The notes beneath the pieces are model-generated. The model was not told the DNA's origin. It was given only the letters and a program-made list of their open reading frames with translations, and made no database searches. From a bacterium (lineage in GTDB: Bacteria; Patescibacteriota; Patescibacteriia; 2-12-FULL-60-25): 64,000 nucleotides of DNA. Made by a program: the position numbers and the translations under genes. Positions 59,062-64,000 of this stretch are shown piece after piece. The stretch spans positions 310,625-374,624 of the forward strand of contig JAJYXM010000016.1 of assembly GCA_021796435.1 (NCBI GenBank), written 5' to 3'. How positions within the stretch are numbered: the first letter of the stretch is position 1; every line of letters begins with the position of its first letter.

Positions 59062-61469
59062 AACATATGAAGAAATCAGATTTTTGCGTCCCATTCTCCA
59101 GATTACGCCTGAAAGACATACCGGGCGTGGGAGGAAAAAACGCTTCGTTGGGCGAGATGTTCGTCCGACTGAGATCGAGGGGTATTCCGGTGCCGGATGG
59201 GTTCGCCGTGACGACTCATGCCTATTGGGCTTTCGTCGACGCCAATGGTCTGCGCAAGACCATAAAGGATACGTTGCGTGGCTTGGACGTGGATGATGCC
59301 GACGATCTGGCGCGACGCGGCAAAATCATCAGAGAAGCATTCGTCTCAGGTCAGATGCCGGAGAAGGTAACGCAGGAGATAACAAAAGCCTATGCCGCTT
59401 TATCCAAACGCCTGGATTGTCGTTTCGCGGACGTAGCGGTCCGTTCGTCAGCCACGGCGGAAGATCTGCCGACGGTCTCGTTCGCCGGACAGCAGGAGAC
59501 CTATCTGCATGTCCAGGGACAGGAGATGCTGGTCGATGCGGTGCGTAAGTGTTTCGCGTCATTGTTCACGGATCGGGCCATAGTCTATCGCGTCGCCAAC
59601 GGTTTCGACCATCTCAAAGTCGCTTTGTCGGCCGGGGTGCAACAGATGGTGCGTTCTGATTTGGGTGCGGCCGGCGTGATGTTCACCTTGCACACCGAGA
59701 CGGGTTTCCCTGACGTCATCCTGATAAACGCTTCGTATGGCTTGGGTGAGAGCGTGGTGAAGGGCCTGGTGAATCCTGACCAGTATCTGGTGCATAAGCC
59801 GACTTTGGCTTTAGGTTTCAAGTCAGTCATCGAGCATCGTCTGGGCAATAAGCATAAGAAGATAGTCTATGCACGACCCGAGGCGCATCGGTTGATGAAC
59901 GCTGAAGGCATGACAAGATCCGTCCTGACTGACGCCAAAGACCGTATACGTTGGACATTGAAGGATGAGGAGGTTTTGCAGTTGGCGAAATGGGGCGTAG
60001 AGATAGAGAAATATTTTTCGCACGAATCAAGGATGGAGCGCCCGATGGACATCGAATGGGCCAAGGACGGGAAGAACGGGAAGCTGTACATCGTGCAAGC
60101 CAGGCCGGAGACTGTCGCGTCGCAGAAATCCAAATCATTCATGGAGACGTATAGGCTCAAGGCCAGCGCAAGGCCGATACTGCAAGGCGTGGCTGTTGGG
60201 CAGAAGATCGGGGCAGGCAAGGCGCGCCTGCTCAAGACGGCGAAAGAGATGGATAGGTTCAAGCCGGGCGAGGTCTTGGTGGCGCATATGACCGATCCCG
60301 ATTGGGTACCGGTGATGAAGCAAGCGGCGGCCATCGTGACCGAAGAAGGAGGGCGGACGTGCCATGCCGCGATCGTATCACGTGAACTTGGGGTACCTTG
60401 CGTGGTCGGCGTGCCGAACGCCATGCAGAAACTGAAAGACGGCATGGATGTGACGGTCAGCGCCGAACATGGCGAGGAGGGTTATGTCTATGCCGGCATA
60501 CTACCGTTCGAGATCAAGCGGACTCCGCTCAAACGTCCGGCAAACCTCAAGACCAAGGTGATGATCAATGTCGGTAATCCTGACATCGCTTTCGAGAATG
60601 CGGTCTTGCCGGTCGATGGCGTGGGACTGGCACGTATGGAGTTCATCCTGAACGAACATGTGAAGATCCATCCTTTAGCGGCTTTGTCCCCATCTGAAGT
60701 CGGCAGTAGGGACCGCGAGTTGATACGTAAGTTGTCTTTAGGCTATAAGAACCCAAGGGAATATTTCGTCTCGGTCTTGGCGGAAGGCATAGCTAAGATA
60801 GCGGCGGCATTCTACGACAAACCCGTGATCGTACGTACTTCGGATTTCAAGACTAACGAGTATGCGAATCTGATAGGCGGAAAACTTTTCGAGCCGAAGG
60901 AGGCGAACCCTATGCTAGGTTGGCGCGGCGCATCGCGTTATTACGACCCTGCGTATCGGCCGGCTTTCGCCTTGGAATGCGAGGCGCTGCGGCGCGTGAG
61001 GGAGACGTTCGGCCTGACAAACGTGGTCGTCATGATCCCTTTCTGCAGGACGGTCGAGGAAGCTAAGCAGGTGTTGGGTGTGATGAGGGAAAACGGTCTG
61101 CGCCGAGGCGTAAAGGGTTTGGAGATTTATATGATGGTGGAGATCCCGAGCAACGTAATCTTGGCCGAAGATTTCGCGAAGCATTTCGACGGTTTCTCTA
61201 TTGGTTCGAACGATCTGACTCAGCTGACTTTGGGCGTGGATCGGGATTCCGCTCTAGTCCGCCATCTGTATGATGAGAGGAATCCGGCGGTGAAATCGCT
61301 GATCGCATCGGTCATCCGTTCAGCCAAGAGGAGCAAGACGAAGATAGGGATCTGCGGCCAGGCGCCTTCCGACTATCCGGAATTCGCGAAATTCCTGGTG
61401 CAGCAGGGGATAGACAGCATGTCGCTCAATCCTGACACAGCGATGGCGATAATGAAACGGCTGAAATGA
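59058..61469 (+). CDS. ppsA: Phosphoenolpyruvate synthase (pyruvate, water dikinase)
   Basis: N-terminal PPDK_N/ATP-grasp (GGKNASLGEM), mobile His domain (GGRTCHAAIVSRELGVPCVVG) and C-terminal PEP-utilisers TIM barrel. 4-nt overlap with pyk. Confidence 0.9.
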   Translation: MKHMKKSDFCVPFSRLRLKDIPGVGGKNASLGEMFVRLRSRGIPVPDGFAVTTHAYWAFVDANGLRKTIKDTLRGLDVDDADDLARRGKIIREAFVSGQMPEKVTQEITKAYAALSKRLDCRFADVAVRSSATAEDLPTVSFAGQQETYLHVQGQEMLVDAVRKCFASLFTDRAIVYRVANGFDHLKVALSAGVQQMVRSDLGAAGVMFTLHTETGFPDVILINASYGLGESVVKGLVNPDQYLVHKPTLALGFKSVIEHRLGNKHKKIVYARPEAHRLMNAEGMTRSVLTDAKDRIRWTLKDEEVLQLAKWGVEIEKYFSHESRMERPMDIEWAKDGKNGKLYIVQARPETVASQKSKSFMETYRLKASARPILQGVAVGQKIGAGKARLLKTAKEMDRFKPGEVLVAHMTDPDWVPVMKQAAAIVTEEGGRTCHAAIVSRELGVPCVVGVPNAMQKLKDGMDVTVSAEHGEEGYVYAGILPFEIKRTPLKRPANLKTKVMINVGNPDIAFENAVLPVDGVGLARMEFILNEHVKIHPLAALSPSEVGSRDRELIRKLSLGYKNPREYFVSVLAEGIAKIAAAFYDKPVIVRTSDFKTNEYANLIGGKLFEPKEANPMLGWRGASRYYDPAYRPAFALECEALRRVRETFGLTNVVVMIPFCRTVEEAKQVLGVMRENGLRRGVKGLEIYMMVEIPSNVILAEDFAKHFDGFSIGSNDLTQLTLGVDRDSALVRHLYDERNPAVKSLIASVIRSAKRSKTKIGICGQAPSDYPEFAKFLVQQGIDSMSLNPDTAMAIMKRLK

Positions 61470-61519
61470 ATCCATGAAAGGCGAGTGATTTTCGCCACAT
61501 GATAGAGCAACAGACAGGC

Positions 61520-61545
61520 GAGCGCCTGTCTGTCTGTTTGAGATT
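61520..61545. terminator. Hairpin gacaggc-gagc-gcctgtc between convergent genes
   Basis: 7-bp stem followed by tgtctgtttg. Confidence 0.35.
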
Positions 61546-62378
61546 CAGTCTTCGTCCCAGCCTTCATCGACGTCGTGGCTCGGCTCGGACTCTGCTGTGG
61601 TCGTTGGTTCTTCTTGGGCAGGGACTCCGTAGGCGCGGGTGCGATTGCGGTCATCGTTCCGCGGTTTGGCGTTTTGCGGCTTGATGAGCGGCAAAAGGCT
61701 TTCCGGATTGCGTGGGCTTCGGTCGCTCGTGGCCGGCGCAACGTGTTGGAGCGGACGCTTCTGCAATTCTATCTTGGCGATAGGCGTGCGCGGAGCGGGA
61801 GCGGCTGGCGCTTCTTGCGTCTCACGGAGACGGCGTATCTTTTCGAGCGCGGCGGCGACTTCCGGTTTCAGCCGAGGTATTTGCGGCTGCCGGAGTTTTT
61901 CGGCCAAGCGCGCTTGAGCTGCCTCGAATGCCGGCGGTTTGACCGATTCTCGACGAGCCTGCTCCGGGGCGTCGAGCACCAGGAACATGTCTTTTCCTGT
62001 GAGGCCCGCCGCACTGACGATGAAGGGTTGGATAGCCCTGCTTTCCTTGCAGGCTTCGCGGAATTCCATGAAGCTTACCGAAAGCTCGATGCGTTTTAGC
62101 ACTTCGAACTCGTCTCCGCCGAAGCCGCGCATTAAGATCAGGCGCGTGCGGAACATGCCGCAGAAATCGATGCGTATCCTGACGTCGCCGTCCACCCAAC
62201 GGCTCGTCATTGCCACCCGGGAAAGGAAGCGCAGGATCGCCGTCGAGGTGCCGTCGTGCTGTCGGGAGATCTCCGCGATCCGGAGCAAGAGTTCGTAGGT
62301 GTCTTCGCGGCTCTCGGCCGCTTCGGCGAAATGGTCTTCGGTCAGGTCGTTGCAACTTAGAAGGAACGAAAAATCCAT
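61545..62378 (-). CDS. Hypothetical protein with about 150-aa N-domain and Pro-rich, acidic disordered C-terminal tail
   Basis: ORF only; no family recognised. Confidence 0.4.
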   Translation of the reverse strand: MDFSFLLSCNDLTEDHFAEAAESREDTYELLLRIAEISRQHDGTSTAILRFLSRVAMTSRWVDGDVRIRIDFCGMFRTRLILMRGFGGDEFEVLKRIELSVSFMEFREACKESRAIQPFIVSAAGLTGKDMFLVLDAPEQARRESVKPPAFEAAQARLAEKLRQPQIPRLKPEVAAALEKIRRLRETQEAPAAPAPRTPIAKIELQKRPLQHVAPATSDRSPRNPESLLPLIKPQNAKPRNDDRNRTRAYGVPAQEEPTTTAESEPSHDVDEGWDED

Positions 62379-62420
62379 GGCCTCCTCCGCTCAGGAGGTA
62401 ACAGCAAAAAGACGCTCGTG

Positions 62421-63152
62421 TCAACGTTTACGGATGGCGAGATAATGCTGGCGTGTCTTTTCATCCAATCGTTCGATCGAATAGCGCAACATGGTGCGCG
62501 GCATGTCCGCGGCGTAAGCATCGAGGAATCCGGTCAGGGTCTTCTCCGAACAGCGTTTGCCTACTTCGCGCAACATCCAACCGAGCGATTTGTGCATCAG
62601 GTCATGACGATCCGCCATCAGTCTTTTCGCGAGCGCTAAGATATCAGCGCAGTCTCCTTGTCTGATGAACCAGAAACAGGCGAGCACCGCGATACGTCTG
62701 TCCCATAACAGCTTGGATTCAGCTAAGCGATACAGGACGGTGTGCGGCTTCTCGACCAGATGCCGACCGACTATCTGCGGGGCAGTCAGATCCACCAGAT
62801 CCCAATTGTTGATGTAGCGCGTGTTGCCCAAATAAGCTCGGTAGATCTTTTCTCGTATTCGCGGTTTTCCATGTTCATACGCATCGACCATGATGAGCAG
62901 GGCGCACAGACGTTCTTCGTGGATGGGGGAATGGAGAAGCTTGATGACGGACACGAGGTCGAGGTCGCGAAATCTTTTAGCGACGCGTCGGATGTCAGGG
63001 ACGACGACTCCGATGAATTCGTCGCCTTCGCCATATTCACCTTTGCCGGTCTTGAAGAAACGGCGCAGGAGAATGGCTTTATCCGCATCGGCGAAATCCT
63101 TGAGTTCTTTCTTGAGCGATGCGAGAGATAGCTTCTTGTTTTTCGGTCCTGA
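62421..63152 (-). CDS. DNA alkylation repair protein (AlkD/AlkC-like HEAT-repeat glycosylase)
   Basis: Similarity to the DNA_alkylation family (LLHSPIHEERLCALLIMVDAY...NNWDLVDL...WFIRQG). Start taken at MSGPKNKK. Confidence 0.7.
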   Translation of the reverse strand, partial: SGPKNKKLSLASLKKELKDFADADKAILLRRFFKTGKGEYGEGDEFIGVVVPDIRRVAKRFRDLDLVSVIKLLHSPIHEERLCALLIMVDAYEHGKPRIREKIYRAYLGNTRYINNWDLVDLTAPQIVGRHLVEKPHTVLYRLAESKLLWDRRIAVLACFWFIRQGDCADILALAKRLMADRHDLMHKSLGWMLREVGKRCSEKTLTGFLDAYAADMPRTMLRYSIERLDEKTRQHYLAIRKR

Positions 63153-63505
63153 CATATGTGTGGATATCGTTGACGACATGATACCTGATTATCGGGTTTT
63201 TATAGCAATATCGCGCCTATAATGGGCCTTGAACCCAAGTCTTGCCAATATTCTGTGGCCATGGTATTTTTTTATCACTTCGGAGCAATCCGAAAGTGTG
63301 CAAACGAGGAAAGGCTCCGCTCTTAATAAGTGCGGGGTTTTTCTTTATGCAGGATCGAGGTTTCTGCGCTTTTTCGTCATCGATCCTTTTTGACTCGATT
63401 TTTGCATAAACGAATCGCGCTCGGCCGGAGTCGGGCGAGCGCGTCGGAGCTTAGCTTAAGAGGTCGCTAAGCGAGAGTGTGTTTACTGGTCAGCGGCGCA
63501 GAGGT

Positions 63506-63925
63506 CTAGACCTCGAGGTCTTTCGGCTCGCTGTGCCAGGCGGCAGCGGGAGTCAGGTTCTCCCGGGCGAAGGGGAGCGCGGCCTCCAGCGTCTTGACCA
63601 TCGGGCGGTGATTGATTCCCTGGAGTAGGCCGATCTCCGCAGTCGCCTGCGTGCAGCTTCCGGGCAAACCGTCTTTCGGCAGGTCCCATTTGATGGGGTC
63701 GGTGAATCCGCAACGCGGGATATCGAAGTAGATGTCTACTTCGTCGAACGAGTCGGCGATGGCGATGACGCCGGGGGCGAGTTCGCGCGCCTTCAGTGCC
63801 TTGAATTTGCGCGATTCGATGTACGCAAGGACCTTAGCAAGGAACGGATCGGGTTTGTCGGATTTGGCCACGTCTGCCTCCTTTGATGTTGTCCGAGCAA
63901 GGGCGGAACATGTGCTGGATGGCAT
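63506..63925 (-). CDS. Hypothetical protein
   Basis: ORF only. Confidence 0.3.
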   Translation of the reverse strand: MPSSTCSALARTTSKEADVAKSDKPDPFLAKVLAYIESRKFKALKARELAPGVIAIADSFDEVDIYFDIPRCGFTDPIKWDLPKDGLPGSCTQATAEIGLLQGINHRPMVKTLEAALPFARENLTPAAAWHSEPKDLEV

Positions 63926-64000
63926 TTCATTACGCTACGCCGTAGAAAAAGTCAATTATGTGAGGTGGTGGGGATGGGGTTGACTGTTAGTTTTGGCCTA

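Overview
This is a compact bacterial chromosomal window of about 70 genes. By eye it is mostly mid-to-high GC, with one clearly AT-rich islet. The gene content is consistent with a small-genome, possibly episymbiotic lineage such as CPR/Patescibacteria, but that is inference only.

Genes I can support from the sequence, in order:
- A dTTP-synthesis module on the minus strand: an SF2 DEAH helicase (runs off the window start), tmk, a double-length tandem-fused ThyX, dut and an adenylate-kinase-family NMP kinase.
- A fragmented secE-nusG-rplK / rplA ribosomal cluster. rplK and rplA are separated by four inserted genes: a membrane protein, a single-domain MGMT, pyrF and pyrE. Each of rplK and rplA carries its own copy of a ~100-130 nt leader that is about 80% identical between the two.
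- gyrB followed by two translationally coupled hypothetical genes.
- A stand-alone PEP-utilising-domain protein.
- A tRNA-dependent cyclodipeptide synthase (CDPS) sitting alone in the AT-rich islet.
- ftsW/rodA, rplY (L25/Ctc), a DUF3048 protein, an ASCH protein, murA, an ABC exporter and prmC.
- An ECF sigma factor with a membrane-protein partner.
- tRNA-Val(CAC), surrounded by duplicated 5' and 3' tRNA fragments plus a duplicated terminator.
- A tandem paralog pair of small proteins whose mature N-terminus is Pro (tautomerase-like), followed by kptA/tpt1.
- An NDP-sugar nucleotidyltransferase, lepB, hisS, and rpsU-yqeY.
- A roughly 15 kb cell-surface locus, which is the most striking region. 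It encodes a 625-aa protein and a 3,542-aa giant cysteine-repeat protein that share a signal peptide plus a TrbC/VirB2-pilin-like double-transmembrane N-terminal module, followed by three smaller paralogous surface proteins. Every junction in this locus is an overlapping stop/start, and the coupling continues into ybeY-dgkA-ftsA-ftsZ.
- nrdR, htrA, pyk-ppsA, an AlkD-like DNA glycosylase and a few hypotheticals.

No rRNA, CRISPR array, integrase or transposase was seen. Hand-located sites may be off by 1-2 nt.
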